Origin: a virus
Virus genome (UHGV): UHGV-1377581
Length of the DNA: 48,047 bases
Strand: one strand, 5' to 3'
Below are positions 37,107 through 45,538 of this stretch, in pieces; the first letter of the stretch is position 1; every line of letters begins with the position of its first letter. A program made the translations under genes and the position numbers. The notes below the pieces were generated by a model. That model saw only the letters and a list, made by a program, of their open reading frames with translations, searched no databases and was not told the origin of the DNA.

Positions 37107-37682
37107 TTAATTTTTCAAGTGGTGGCACGGCTCGCCATCTTTAACGGCTCCCCACTGGCGGCGTTTGTTCCGCTCCAGCTTTTCCGCCACCGCCACTGCC
37201 AACTGCTCATCGGTGATTCCGGCGCGGCGGGTTGCGTCCCACACCAGCATGATGATATCGGCGAACTCGCTAATGTCATCCGGCGCTTCAGCGGCTTCAT
37301 TGGCCTCTTTAGCCAGGTGTTTCAGCGGGCCGACCGGGCCAACGTTGCCGAACTGGCGATCCGACCATTCCGCATGGGCCAGCCGGACAAAATGGAATGG
37401 ATCCCGCACTGACTCAGCGTCGAAATCGCAAAGGTACAGATCTTTCCACGCCGCAGGTTTGTTTTGCACCTGGCGAATTTCATGCAGCACGGCGTCAACA
37501 TCCATCTTCTCAGGCCAATTGACCTGGAAGGATTCCGGCTGGCGGATGTATTCGACCACTTCGCCGCCCAGCACGCGCTGCTGCATTTCCGCCTGCGCTT
37601 TCGTGTCGCAGGTGAGGCGACGCGATTTGCGACCCTCGTTAGTCCCGATAGTGTAGGTCAGCACCCAAATTTTGTTGTTCAT
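37107..37682 (-). CDS. MazG-like nucleotide pyrophosphohydrolase (DUF550-type dNTP pyrophosphatase)
   Basis: C-terminal all-alpha NTP-PPase-like region (EANEAAEA...FADIIMLVWDATRRAGIT). Confidence 0.5.
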   Translation of the reverse strand: MNNKIWVLTYTIGTNEGRKSRRLTCDTKAQAEMQQRVLGGEVVEYIRQPESFQVNWPEKMDVDAVLHEIRQVQNKPAAWKDLYLCDFDAESVRDPFHFVRLAHAEWSDRQFGNVGPVGPLKHLAKEANEAAEAPDDISEFADIIMLVWDATRRAGITDEQLAVAVAEKLERNKRRQWGAVKDGEPCHHLKN

Positions 37683-37951
37683 TCTTCGATCACCTTATAT
37701 TCGCCTTCGTTAAGTTTGAACCAGTCGGTAGGGAGCACCTGGCCGAATTCTTCGGTGTGGTAGTCGCGCCCTACCTGCGCCCACTTCTCGCCGTCGCTAT
37801 AGCATTCGACTGTCAGTCGATCACCTGCTTTGAATCCGGCCCACTGTGCAAGGGTAGGCTCATCCGGGGAGTTGGTCACATCCGGGTTGACAATCTCAAC
37901 AACGGCCAGGCCCAGGAATGATTTGTCTTTGGTCGGATACGGAATGCTCAT
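37679..37951 (-). CDS. hypothetical protein
   Basis: ORF with leader CCAATCAGGAGC. Confidence 0.5.
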   Translation of the reverse strand: MSIPYPTKDKSFLGLAVVEIVNPDVTNSPDEPTLAQWAGFKAGDRLTVECYSDGEKWAQVGRDYHTEEFGQVLPTDWFKLNEGEYKVIEE

Positions 37952-38033
37952 TTGTTTAGCTCCTGATTGGTTCGCTTCAATAAGGCCACTATATCAAATG
38001 GCCTTGCGGAAGTTTTAGCAAAAAGTGCTATTT
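37952..38033 (-). promoter_or_regulatory. cassette E7 (TAGCACTTTTTGCTAAAAC, hairpin AAGGCCA/TGGCCTT, TATAGT)
   Basis: Repeated element. 22-bp spacer. TAG is the stop of the upstream gene. Confidence 0.55.
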
Positions 38034-38780
38034 GACGTCGCGCCACAAACTAACCAGGGCGTCGGCCATCTGGCGGAGAACTTTCGCATGGGTCTGCGCG
38101 TCATCACCTTCCGGCGTGCGCATGGCTTCACGGATTTTCTCGATCGTGTTGTGGGCGGCGTTAAGCTCTGACTCAAGCTCTTTAACCCGGTCAGCGAGCG
38201 AGGCTTCTTTTGCGCCTTCCGGTTTCACGATCACCGACCGCGACAGCATGCCCAGGGCTGCAACTGCATCGCTTGCCGACTTCACGCCCTCTTTGAAGTG
38301 CGCGGATTTTTCAGCGCCGATCTTAAATCCACGTACAACGCCCCGCGACTCATCTCGCCCGAACATATTCAGCATGCGGTCGACCATTGATTCGAGATCG
38401 CGATCTTTATCGCGTTCGTGGGCCTTCAGGTCAGCAAAGAACAAGGGCGACTCAGTGGAGGTAACTCCGCCGAACATTGACGCCGAAGTGTGGAGGGGGT
38501 ATTTCAGCGCATCGCTAACTAACCCGCCGAAGGAGAGTTCGCCGCCAGCGAAACAGTTATTGATTTGCAACTCAATGTTGAACTGACCGCCGCCGATGTA
38601 GTGCGAGTTGCGCGGGTTGACCGCGTACATGTTGCCTTCGTCATCGGTGATTTTGTACAGTGAATCCCCGGTGTATTTGGTGAAAGGCTCGGCCTCATAG
38701 CGCTTGCCTTTGGTGAATTTCGCGCCCACGCCAGCGGGAGAATCGGCGTTCGGGGTCAGGATGAATTTGTAGGTGCTCAT
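38028..38780 (-). CDS. hypothetical 250-aa protein
   Basis: ATG with SD AGAGGAAAA (the track start 38843 would cover cassette E8). Confidence 0.55.
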   Translation of the reverse strand: MSTYKFILTPNADSPAGVGAKFTKGKRYEAEPFTKYTGDSLYKITDDEGNMYAVNPRNSHYIGGGQFNIELQINNCFAGGELSFGGLVSDALKYPLHTSASMFGGVTSTESPLFFADLKAHERDKDRDLESMVDRMLNMFGRDESRGVVRGFKIGAEKSAHFKEGVKSASDAVAALGMLSRSVIVKPEGAKEASLADRVKELESELNAAHNTIEKIREAMRTPEGDDAQTHAKVLRQMADALVSLWRDVK

Positions 38781-38854
38781 GATTTTTCCTCTTTGGTTGG
38801 TGTGGGGATAGTATGCACCATCCCAGGACGGCGGTTTTAGCAATTCGTGCTATT
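38781..38854 (-). promoter_or_regulatory. cassette E8 (TAGCACGAATTGCTAAAAC, 24-bp spacer, TACTAT, leader CCCCACACCAAC)
   Basis: Near-identical twin of E15. Confidence 0.55.
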
Positions 38855-39059
38855 CAATCACCTTGATTACGCGCTCCGGGCGATTGGGTGCGCCGGATTT
38901 GTGGAGCCAGTAGCGGGCCTGCGTCAACTGGCCGAAGTGCTCGACCGTCACCCACCAGAAGAATGCAACACGCCGCTGTGCTGCATACCACTCCACCGGA
39001 CGCCCGAACGCATCAAGCGTCGCAATGCGCACGATCCTGAATTTTCGGTTAGAAGCCAT
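38850..39059 (-). CDS. hypothetical protein
   Basis: ATG MASNRKF overlapping the stop of the upstream gene. Confidence 0.45.
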   Translation of the reverse strand: MASNRKFRIVRIATLDAFGRPVEWYAAQRRVAFFWWVTVEHFGQLTQARYWLHKSGAPNRPERVIKVIE

Positions 39060-39246
39060 AAGCCTGACTCTCCAGGGAAGCGAGCGATGAGAACGTGTAA
39101 GTTCTGGCGCATGAGCAATCGCCCACGAATCCGCAGATCTCAATGCTTCCGGCCTCAATGGTCAGGGATATAACTTTCATATCCAGGTGAAAGGCGAACA
39201 TTGCAAGCGCTTTATGTGCGCGATGCATATATTCGAACTGGTTCAT
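39049..39246 (-). CDS. hypothetical Cys-containing protein
   Basis: ORF. Confidence 0.45.
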   Translation of the reverse strand: MNQFEYMHRAHKALAMFAFHLDMKVISLTIEAGSIEICGFVGDCSCARTYTFSSLASLESQAYGF

Positions 39247-39512
39247 TTGTCTATATCCTTGAGTTGATAATCACATACGAATGAGAACTCTTTTTCGGCT
39301 GGATTTTTTGGGTCAATGGGGCGATAGTTGCACATGACCGAATGCTGCCTTAACTCACCCCAACATACCTGATCTACTTCTTCGCTCCACCCGTCGCAAG
39401 CCTCACCGCGATAACATGCTATAGCATCATCTGCGTATTGCTTCGCTTGCTCGGCAGTTTCGAATAGTTCGAACCCACATTCAGGATCGTAACCAAAGAA
39501 TTTGAATTTCAT
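39243..39512 (-). CDS. hypothetical protein
   Basis: ORF, ATGA overlap. Confidence 0.5.
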   Translation of the reverse strand: MKFKFFGYDPECGFELFETAEQAKQYADDAIACYRGEACDGWSEEVDQVCWGELRQHSVMCNYRPIDPKNPAEKEFSFVCDYQLKDIDK

Positions 39513-39763
39513 TTAAAGATCGCCCCTTTGATTTTATTCCAGAAGGCGAACGGTACGCGCTTTTGCTTCAACTCCACCACGTCGTGATCGTAGAAGCCCA
39601 AGAGCGCGCCGCATTTCTTCGGCGGTACATCCCCAATCACATCACCCATGAAGTACCAGCTATCGCCATCCTTAAAGTAAACGCCTACGCACGCACCAGG
39701 GGCGGCATGGGTAGCAGTGTCCGGCAGGTTGTAGGTCTTGCCGCGAGATTCAAATTGTTGCAT
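39509..39763 (-). CDS. hypothetical protein
   Basis: ATG with SD AAGGAGA. Confidence 0.5.
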   Translation of the reverse strand: MQQFESRGKTYNLPDTATHAAPGACVGVYFKDGDSWYFMGDVIGDVPPKKCGALLGFYDHDVVELKQKRVPFAFWNKIKGAIFK

Positions 39764-39855
39764 TCTTCTGTCTCCTTGCATAATCGGTTTGTTAATATAC
39801 TTCTTGATAATTACGCCCGATCCTCTGACCGGGCGTTTAGCAATGCGTGCTATTT
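39764..39855 (-). promoter_or_regulatory. cassette E9 (TAGCACGCATTGCTAAAC, hairpin CGCCCG/CGGGCG)
   Basis: Repeated element with a divergent box2. Confidence 0.5.
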
Positions 39856-40170
39856 CAGTCCGCGAAGGTCAATCTTCGATTTTGCCCAATCAGGGAAGCG
39901 AGCCATTGACCCGATTTGGTCTAGCCTGTTTTTGGCCTTCCCTACGTCGCACCATGCTTCACCCTGGCCCTCAAAAATGCGAACCTCTTCGGCTGTAGAC
40001 TCATAGGCCCAAATTGCACCGTCGGCATCAATGGCGATCGTGTTGGCCCAAATCGGCACGTCAATCGACCGCGCGTCGTCGGGGTCGGGAATGTTAAGCT
40101 GGAAGGCAACAACCCTCCTCTTCTTGAGGTTTGCCACCACTTGTTTTTTTGACTTAATTTCGTGAATCAT
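39850..40170 (-). CDS. hypothetical protein
   Basis: ATG with SD AAGGAGAA. Confidence 0.5.
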   Translation of the reverse strand: MIHEIKSKKQVVANLKKRRVVAFQLNIPDPDDARSIDVPIWANTIAIDADGAIWAYESTAEEVRIFEGQGEAWCDVGKAKNRLDQIGSMARFPDWAKSKIDLRGLK

Positions 40171-40180
40171 TGCGTTCTCC

Positions 40181-40393
40181 TTACAGGAACATTCCAGCCA
40201 GGCGCAGGCGGTTGATGATATCGTCACGCTTGACGCGGAGGCCGTCATAGTAGTCTTCTAGTTGGGGATCCCATGACGGCAGTTCAAGCATTGCTTTCAT
40301 CTCATCGCAGGCTACTTTAAGCGCGTTGAAGTTCTGCTCGACGGCGCGACGGTGGGCTGCTGCGTTCAGTTCGTTGTTGTGGTTGCCAATCAT
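40181..40393 (-). CDS. hypothetical protein
   Basis: ORF preceded by cassette E10. Confidence 0.5.
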   Translation of the reverse strand: MIGNHNNELNAAAHRRAVEQNFNALKVACDEMKAMLELPSWDPQLEDYYDGLRVKRDDIINRLRLAGMFL

Positions 40394-40465
40394 GTTTTTG
40401 CTCCTCTGTTTCGATGGGGTAATAATAACGCATTGCCCCGATCGAGTTTTAGCAAAAAGTGCTAC
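40394..40465 (-). promoter_or_regulatory. cassette E10 (TAGCACTTTTTGCTAAAAC, 22-bp spacer, TATTAT, CCCCATCGAAAC)
   Basis: Repeated element. Confidence 0.55.
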
Positions 40466-40686
40466 TCGTGCTTCTTGAACTCGTGAACCTGGTTCCCGCC
40501 GGAATGGTCTTCAATATCCACTCGGTCGCAGGTCACGTAAAAGCCGCGAATGACGGTGAAGCGCCACTTTCCTAACCAGTGGAAGTAAACGCCGTGTTCG
40601 CTGCCCTGGACGGCTTTGGTTGATGAGTATGGGATCGGCATCCCGGCGAAGGTGCGAAGTTTGGTTGTCGCTGAAAAACGTGGCAT
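40462..40686 (-). CDS. hypothetical protein
   Basis: ATG after SD AGGAGG. Confidence 0.5.
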   Translation of the reverse strand: MPRFSATTKLRTFAGMPIPYSSTKAVQGSEHGVYFHWLGKWRFTVIRGFYVTCDRVDIEDHSGGNQVHEFKKHE

Positions 40687-40879
40687 GGCCATTCCTCCTG
40701 GCGTTTGCCGTGCTGTGGTTGGAATATAGCGCCACCGAAGCGGCGCTATTGCGATTATTTTCCCTGGCGTGCAAGGTGGCGCTCTTTGAGTTTCTGCCAG
40801 TGCCAGCGCATGACGTGTTCGTTATGGTAGTTGCTGGTTGAATATGGATTCTTCTTGCTCATCTTCATCTCCAGGTTGC

Positions 40880-41059
40880 TTACTTGATACGAACTTCAAC
40901 TTCAATGTCGGACTGCGGCGCGAAGAGTTGGGCCTTGCCATTAACGCGAATTGTGAGAATGTTCGCCTTGCGATCTGCTGCGAGAACCAGGCGAAACTTG
41001 CCAGCAAACTTGACCATCATACCCGGCTTAACTTCACTCATCTTGATAACCTTATCCAT
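40880..41059 (-). CDS. hypothetical small protein
   Basis: ATG MDKVIKM with SD GAGGTG. The track's TTG start at 41125 would cover cassette E11. Confidence 0.45.
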   Translation of the reverse strand: MDKVIKMSEVKPGMMVKFAGKFRLVLAADRKANILTIRVNGKAQLFAPQSDIEVEVRIK

Positions 41060-41135
41060 CTTCATCACCTCAGTTCGTTGTCGATGGGTAAATAATACCG
41101 GATCTCGCCATCGGCGTTTTAGCAAAAAGTGCTAT
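41060..41135 (-). promoter_or_regulatory. cassette E11 (TAGCACTTTTTGCTAAAAC, hairpin GCCGATGGC, TATTAT, CCCATCGACAAC)
   Basis: Repeated element. 22-bp spacer. Confidence 0.55.
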
Positions 41136-41341
41136 CTTTCAACCTCGTGCATATCGCCAACGGAAAGATAATAAGCGATATCAAGGCGGCTCATTGTGGG
41201 GTGGGGCCAGCCGCATTCATGCCAAATAACATCGCCCTCGCCTTTAGTCCACATAGTTTCGCCATCCCAGCGCCAAAGGCGGTTGTTGAGGCGCGATCCG
41301 TAGACCGCGCCAGGTTTTACATCGCTCGCCTTAAAATTCAT
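41132..41341 (-). CDS. hypothetical protein
   Basis: ATG MNFKASD. Confidence 0.45.
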   Translation of the reverse strand: MNFKASDVKPGAVYGSRLNNRLWRWDGETMWTKGEGDVIWHECGWPHPTMSRLDIAYYLSVGDMHEVER

Positions 41342-41483
41342 AATCGACAACCCCGAACTCGTTAACAATCTGCGCCTTGTAAAATCCACCGTTTGCCGCC
41401 AGGTTGTAGCACGCCGCCACGGTCTCGAACTCGCGCACTTCTGGCTTGCTGTTTTCGTGTTCCCAGGTGATCAGAGTAATCAT
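41331..41483 (-). CDS. hypothetical small protein
   Basis: ATG MITLITW with SD GAGGAA. Confidence 0.45.
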   Translation of the reverse strand: MITLITWEHENSKPEVREFETVAACYNLAANGGFYKAQIVNEFGVVDYEF

Positions 41484-41561
41484 TTCGGTTTCCTCGGTTC
41501 GTTGTCGATGAAGAGATAATACCCGATCTCCCTGACCGGGTTTTAACAAAAAGTGCTATTT
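41484..41561 (-). promoter_or_regulatory. cassette E12 (TAGCACTTTTTGTTAAAAC, hairpin CCCGG/CGGG, TATTAT, leader CATCGACAAC)
   Basis: Repeated element. 22-bp spacer. Confidence 0.55.
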
Positions 41562-42140
41562 CGTGGTGGTTGCCTCCTGGCTGATATCGCTGGCGTTCAA
41601 TCCAAGATCGATAGCCGCGAACAAGGTCGCCTTGTAAATCCCGGTCAGGGCATTCCCGGCGAAGTCTACGGCAAGAGCGGCCACTAAACCCTTAATCCGC
41701 TCCCGCTCGGAGATAGCGCCCTGCCGCCTGTACGCCTCGGCCTCCAGGTGTGAGGCGGTCGTTGCGTCGAACTCGGTAAAGACGGAGATTAACCCCGCCC
41801 CCAGGCTCACCCGCAACACTTCTCCCGGCTCCAGGAGTTTCAGCAACGGCCTGCGGAAATGGTTGTCGACCGGATTAACGCCGAACTTCTCCACGAACTC
41901 CTCCGCCGTCATCTGGATACGCCGCCCGCCATCCAGGAACATGCGTCGGATCTCGGAAGAGCGGTTGCCAGTGAATGTGCCTTCAGTCTTCGCTGCTTCC
42001 TGGCTCCGTCCGGCTGGCCTGGTGGCTTCACCAAACGTGATGGATTGCAGCCATTCATGGTAAGCGGCTTGCTTATCTGCGTCGTACCGCATCCACTCGG
42101 ACACGTCGACCTCTTCGAACTCATAGCCTTTATATTGCAT
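41556..42140 (-). CDS. hypothetical protein, first gene of the leftward early operon
   Basis: ORF. Possible start MQYKGYE with SD GGGGGAAA. Confidence 0.5.
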   Translation of the reverse strand: MQYKGYEFEEVDVSEWMRYDADKQAAYHEWLQSITFGEATRPAGRSQEAAKTEGTFTGNRSSEIRRMFLDGGRRIQMTAEEFVEKFGVNPVDNHFRRPLLKLLEPGEVLRVSLGAGLISVFTEFDATTASHLEAEAYRRQGAISERERIKGLVAALAVDFAGNALTGIYKATLFAAIDLGLNASDISQEATTTK

Positions 42141-42155
42141 TTGTGTTTCCCCCAC

Positions 42156-42718
42156 ACTTACGGCGTTTGGTAATGTTTCGGAAGGTGATAATACAGGCCG
42201 CAGGCCGCGCCGTCAAAGGGTTTCGGCGTGTTTGGTAAGATTTGCTGTCATCCACTATATATCCCTATATACATTTTTTCGCGGCGGAACATCTAAAAAT
42301 TATGGCTTGCGCAAGGAGAATCCATAACCTCCCCGGAGAAATCTTACCAAACATATATAAAGATAAAGAGTAATAATAATAATATTATTATTTATCATAT
42401 ACTTACTATCTATATATGGGCTTATATTGGTCACTTTTTGTGCAACTTTCTGGTAAGATTTTTCCTCCCACACATTCCCACACGCCCTAAATGTTGGGGA
42501 AACACACGCACCGTTTTGGCAGGATTTGAACGGCGAATTATGTGCATAGTGCATACATTTATGCAATTCGTTGCAAATCATGAAACACTCCAAAAATCGT
42601 TGCACAAAATGAAACAATCAAAAGCAATCATGATTCGTCAAAACTAATCACCAGGGAATCAGGTGCAATCACCATCTATTCCGCTATTCCGAATCGGTGG
42701 AATAATCAGCAATCGCAG
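42156..42718. promoter_or_regulatory. divergent regulatory region: GGTAAGAT motifs (about 42232, 42341, 42451), inverted AT-rich module (42331-42420), TGCATA/ATGAAACA/TTGCAA repeat cluster (42500-42660)
   Basis: Direct reading. 650-bp non-coding stretch between divergent operons. Confidence 0.55.
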
Positions 42719-42803
42719 GAATAGCATTTTTTGTTAAAACCCACCCGATCGGCTTTGCTATGATGACTTCAACGAAACGAATTGAGCCAAAGGGGCTAAA
42801 GCT
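42719..42803 (+). promoter_or_regulatory. cassette E13 (ATAGCATTTTTTGTTAAAAC, hairpin CCGATCGG, TATGAT, leader CAACGAAAC)
   Basis: 22-bp spacer. Drives the rightward operon. Confidence 0.55.
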
Positions 42804-43085
42804 ATGAAACTTCAACGCGAATCAATCAACCTGGGCAGCGAGTATAACGGCAAGTGGAACTTCGTTATCATGGATAGCGACGCCGACAAGATCGAAGCGG
42901 TTGAGGAAGCGTTATGCGAAATGGCCACTGGCTTCTCTGTCGGCGGCGAAGATAAAACCTGGGGCGACTACTGCGACCAATGCCCTTGCTATGACGATGG
43001 TTATGGCTCCGGCTTCTGGATTCCGGTCGAAGATGTTCCGGCTTTCAAAGAGGCGTACAAGGCAGCGAAGAAAGCAGTGAAATAA
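42804..43085 (+). CDS. hypothetical acidic protein with CxxCxC cluster
   Basis: ORF with SD AAAGGGG. Acidic composition. Confidence 0.55.
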   Translation: MKLQRESINLGSEYNGKWNFVIMDSDADKIEAVEEALCEMATGFSVGGEDKTWGDYCDQCPCYDDGYGSGFWIPVEDVPAFKEAYKAAKKAVK

Positions 43086-43157
43086 GCACGAATTGCTAAA
43101 CGCCGGGCCGCGAGGCCTGGTATAGTTAACCCATCGAAACCAGTCAGGAGATTAACC
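43083..43157 (+). promoter_or_regulatory. cassette E14 (TAAGCACGAATTGCTAAAC, hairpin GGCC-GCGA-GGCC, TATAGT, CCCATCGAAACC)
   Basis: 22-bp spacer. The TAA stop is inside the palindrome. Confidence 0.55.
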
Positions 43158-43352
43158 ATGAAAGCATTTGCGGATGTAGTCGTCGGGGATAAAATTCAAT
43201 ATGGCGCAAGCGATCTGTTCCGTACCGTAACCGATATCGAGAAGGGTCGCGGCGTCAATGGATTTACTGTCTTCGTGGTGCTCGACGGCGTTGCACGCTT
43301 TGCGGTTGACGCTCGTGATTGGGTTTTCTGCATCGAGAAGGGCCAGGTATGA
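43158..43352 (+). CDS. hypothetical protein
   Basis: ATG with SD CAGGAG. Confidence 0.55.
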   Translation: MKAFADVVVGDKIQYGASDLFRTVTDIEKGRGVNGFTVFVVLDGVARFAVDARDWVFCIEKGQV

Positions 43353-43510
43353 GGAAACGGCGGGCCGGGGAGGTGGTTTGCACCTGCGATGCTTACCCCT
43401 TCCCTCATCGAATGTTCGGCGGTTCATGCAACGGGATCGCCATTGTCATTGCCAGTGTTGGCGGCGCGGAGTGCCAGCATTGCCAGCTACTGAATAACGG
43501 GGCGTGCTAG
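43349..43510 (+). CDS. small Cys-rich putative zinc-binding protein
   Basis: ATGA overlap with the upstream gene. CTC...C...C..C pattern. Confidence 0.45.
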   Translation: MRKRRAGEVVCTCDAYPFPHRMFGGSCNGIAIVIASVGGAECQHCQLLNNGAC

Positions 43511-43587
43511 GTGCTGGCGGGTATCGAGAATCCGGTCGAATGCCATTACGTCGCCGACTTCATCCACCAAAACGAGGTTAAAATATA

Positions 43588-43965
43588 ATGCGAACAGTTA
43601 CCATTTCGAACAGCTTTTCCTACATCATCGGATCGCCGGAAGAGCGTATCAAGGCCATGCGCGACAAGGCGACCAATGACGTTACCGATGCCTTCAGTGC
43701 TGCGGCTAAAGCTGCGATCACGCATTACTACGGTCGTGGCCCGGAAGAGTTCAGCGCGGAAAGTGCGCCTTTCCTGGTGGTCAAAAAGGAAGGTGGCCAT
43801 GTATGGCAAATCAACGACAAGCAGACTGGCGAGTTTATTTTCGGATCGGTTCCGTGCCGGGTAGGAAGCAACGATGTTACCATCCAGGAACTCGGCGATC
43901 ATGAACCTCGCGTTCAGCGCACGATCTATATTAGCCAGGATTACACGACCTGCGTTCCGGCATAG
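43588..43965 (+). CDS. hypothetical protein
   Basis: ORF with RBS. Confidence 0.55.
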   Translation: MRTVTISNSFSYIIGSPEERIKAMRDKATNDVTDAFSAAAKAAITHYYGRGPEEFSAESAPFLVVKKEGGHVWQINDKQTGEFIFGSVPCRVGSNDVTIQELGDHEPRVQRTIYISQDYTTCVPA

Positions 43966-44037
43966 CACGTTTTGCTAAAACAACATGGCGGGATAGTGGC
44001 ATACTATCCCCACACCAACAAGCGAAGGAGCTACACA
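43963..44037 (+). promoter_or_regulatory. cassette E15 (TAGCACGTTTTGCTAAAAC, hairpin GGGATAGT/ACTATCCC enclosing TACTAT, leader CCCCACACCAAC)
   Basis: Twin of E8. 24-bp spacer. Confidence 0.55.
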
Positions 44038-44265
44038 ATGAACCATCCGAAGACTGATTCCATTCTCGCCGTCCTGAACGCGCATGGCCGCGTCGTTCTC
44101 CGCATGAACCGCGCCTCCGGCTTCACTCAGATCACGATCACGAAGTCGAAGGGCCGCTACATCATCGGGACGGTTCCGGGCGGTCGCCTCGTTCAGTCCT
44201 CCCTGGCTGGCGTCACGCTGACGCTGGAATCGAACAGAATGTTCATTGAGTCGTGGAGAAGCTAA
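44038..44265 (+). CDS. hypothetical protein
   Basis: ATG with SD AAGGAG. Confidence 0.5.
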   Translation: MNHPKTDSILAVLNAHGRVVLRMNRASGFTQITITKSKGRYIIGTVPGGRLVQSSLAGVTLTLESNRMFIESWRS

Positions 44266-44606
44266 TGAAAGAAGGCGATCGCGCATACCTGGAAGTCAAC
44301 GGCGAAATGCATCATTGCACCGTGCTTCTGAAAAGCAAGGGCGTTTACATGTTCGTTAATGAGTTCGGCGAGGAGGTCGCGACAGTGCAACTTTTCTGGT
44401 CGACGAAGAATCCCGGCGATAGCTCCCTGACTGGTCGACCGGATCACGTTGGGACGAAGGAAAGCATGAAGTGCTGCGAGGCTCCAGGATGCGGGGCTGT
44501 CTATAAGGTAAAGGCGGCGGATCTTAAACGCGGCTGGGGTAAAACCTGTTCGAAGTCATGCGCCGCCAGTTTGCGAGAATTTAACCGGAGGAAAAGCAAT
44601 GGCTGA
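44265..44606 (+). CDS. hypothetical protein with C-terminal C4 zinc-finger-like motif
   Basis: TAATG overlap. CCEAPGC...CSKSC. Confidence 0.5.
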   Translation: MKEGDRAYLEVNGEMHHCTVLLKSKGVYMFVNEFGEEVATVQLFWSTKNPGDSSLTGRPDHVGTKESMKCCEAPGCGAVYKVKAADLKRGWGKTCSKSCAASLREFNRRKSNG

Positions 44607-44838
44607 TAATTACGACGATGCCTACTGGCACCGTTTCTTAACCGCCCAGGATGCTGGGCTTAACCGCGAATATTGCATCAAAGTAGCCAATCAGGAAATG
44701 ACGCTATCGGATGCCCTGGGCAGTATGGATATGGATGCCGAAAGTCTGCCGATGCGTGACGATCTGGTAGAGCAAGAAGAAAATAGTTGCGGCTGCACTG
44801 GTGAAGAAGGTTGCCGCGAATGTATCCCTTTCTGGTGA
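44599..44838 (+). CDS. hypothetical acidic protein with C-terminal Cys cluster
   Basis: SD GGAGGAAAA. CGCTGEEGCREC. Confidence 0.5.
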   Translation: MADNYDDAYWHRFLTAQDAGLNREYCIKVANQEMTLSDALGSMDMDAESLPMRDDLVEQEENSCGCTGEEGCRECIPFW

Positions 44839-44845
44839 GGTGACA

Positions 44846-45538
44846 ATGAAAAAGCGCGTTGTGTGGTGCATGTTTGACGGTTCCGGGATTATGGGCCTGC
44901 CGTGGGCAATTCGCGGTTGCGATGTATATTGCTTTAACGCAGATTCCGGCGACCACGGCGAGTACAAAATCCGCATGGAGCATGCAAAAATCCAGTATGT
45001 CAACATCTGGATTGACAAAGATTTCGACGTGAAGCGCACGATCCTGGGCATCCCGGATCCTGACATTATTTTCGCTTTCCCTTCCTGCACGCTGTTAGCG
45101 CATAGCGGGGTGAAGCACGCCCGGCAGACTCAGGATGTTTTATCAGCCGCCGATGATGCGAAGATGATCGAGCAATTGGGCGACCAATATAATTGCCCCT
45201 GGATGGTAGAAAACCCGGTTGGAAAATTGTCGACGCTTTGGCGCAAGCCGGATTTTTATTTCCACCCTCGCGACTTCGGCGGGTATGTTGCTCCGCATGA
45301 GGAAGTTTGGCACCCAAAAATGCCGCACTGCGACAATTACACGAAGAAAACGTGCATCTGGCACGGTAACGGATTCGTGGAGCCGAAACGGTTATTACCG
45401 CCGGAAGGTGTGGAGGGCGTAGATTTCTTTTGGGCGTGGAAATTCCTGGGCGGCAAGTCTGAAAGAACAAAGATGCTTCGCTCTATCACTCCGCGCGGAT
45501 TCGCTCGCGCCGTGTTCCAGGCGAATTTTAATGAATAG
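44846..45538 (+). CDS. DNA cytosine-5 methyltransferase-like protein (short, non-canonical)
   Basis: Motif I-like FDGSG, motif IV-like FPSC, motif VI-like MVENPVG. Start MKKRVVW with SD GAGGTGA. Confidence 0.5.
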   Translation: MKKRVVWCMFDGSGIMGLPWAIRGCDVYCFNADSGDHGEYKIRMEHAKIQYVNIWIDKDFDVKRTILGIPDPDIIFAFPSCTLLAHSGVKHARQTQDVLSAADDAKMIEQLGDQYNCPWMVENPVGKLSTLWRKPDFYFHPRDFGGYVAPHEEVWHPKMPHCDNYTKKTCIWHGNGFVEPKRLLPPEGVEGVDFFWAWKFLGGKSERTKMLRSITPRGFARAVFQANFNE

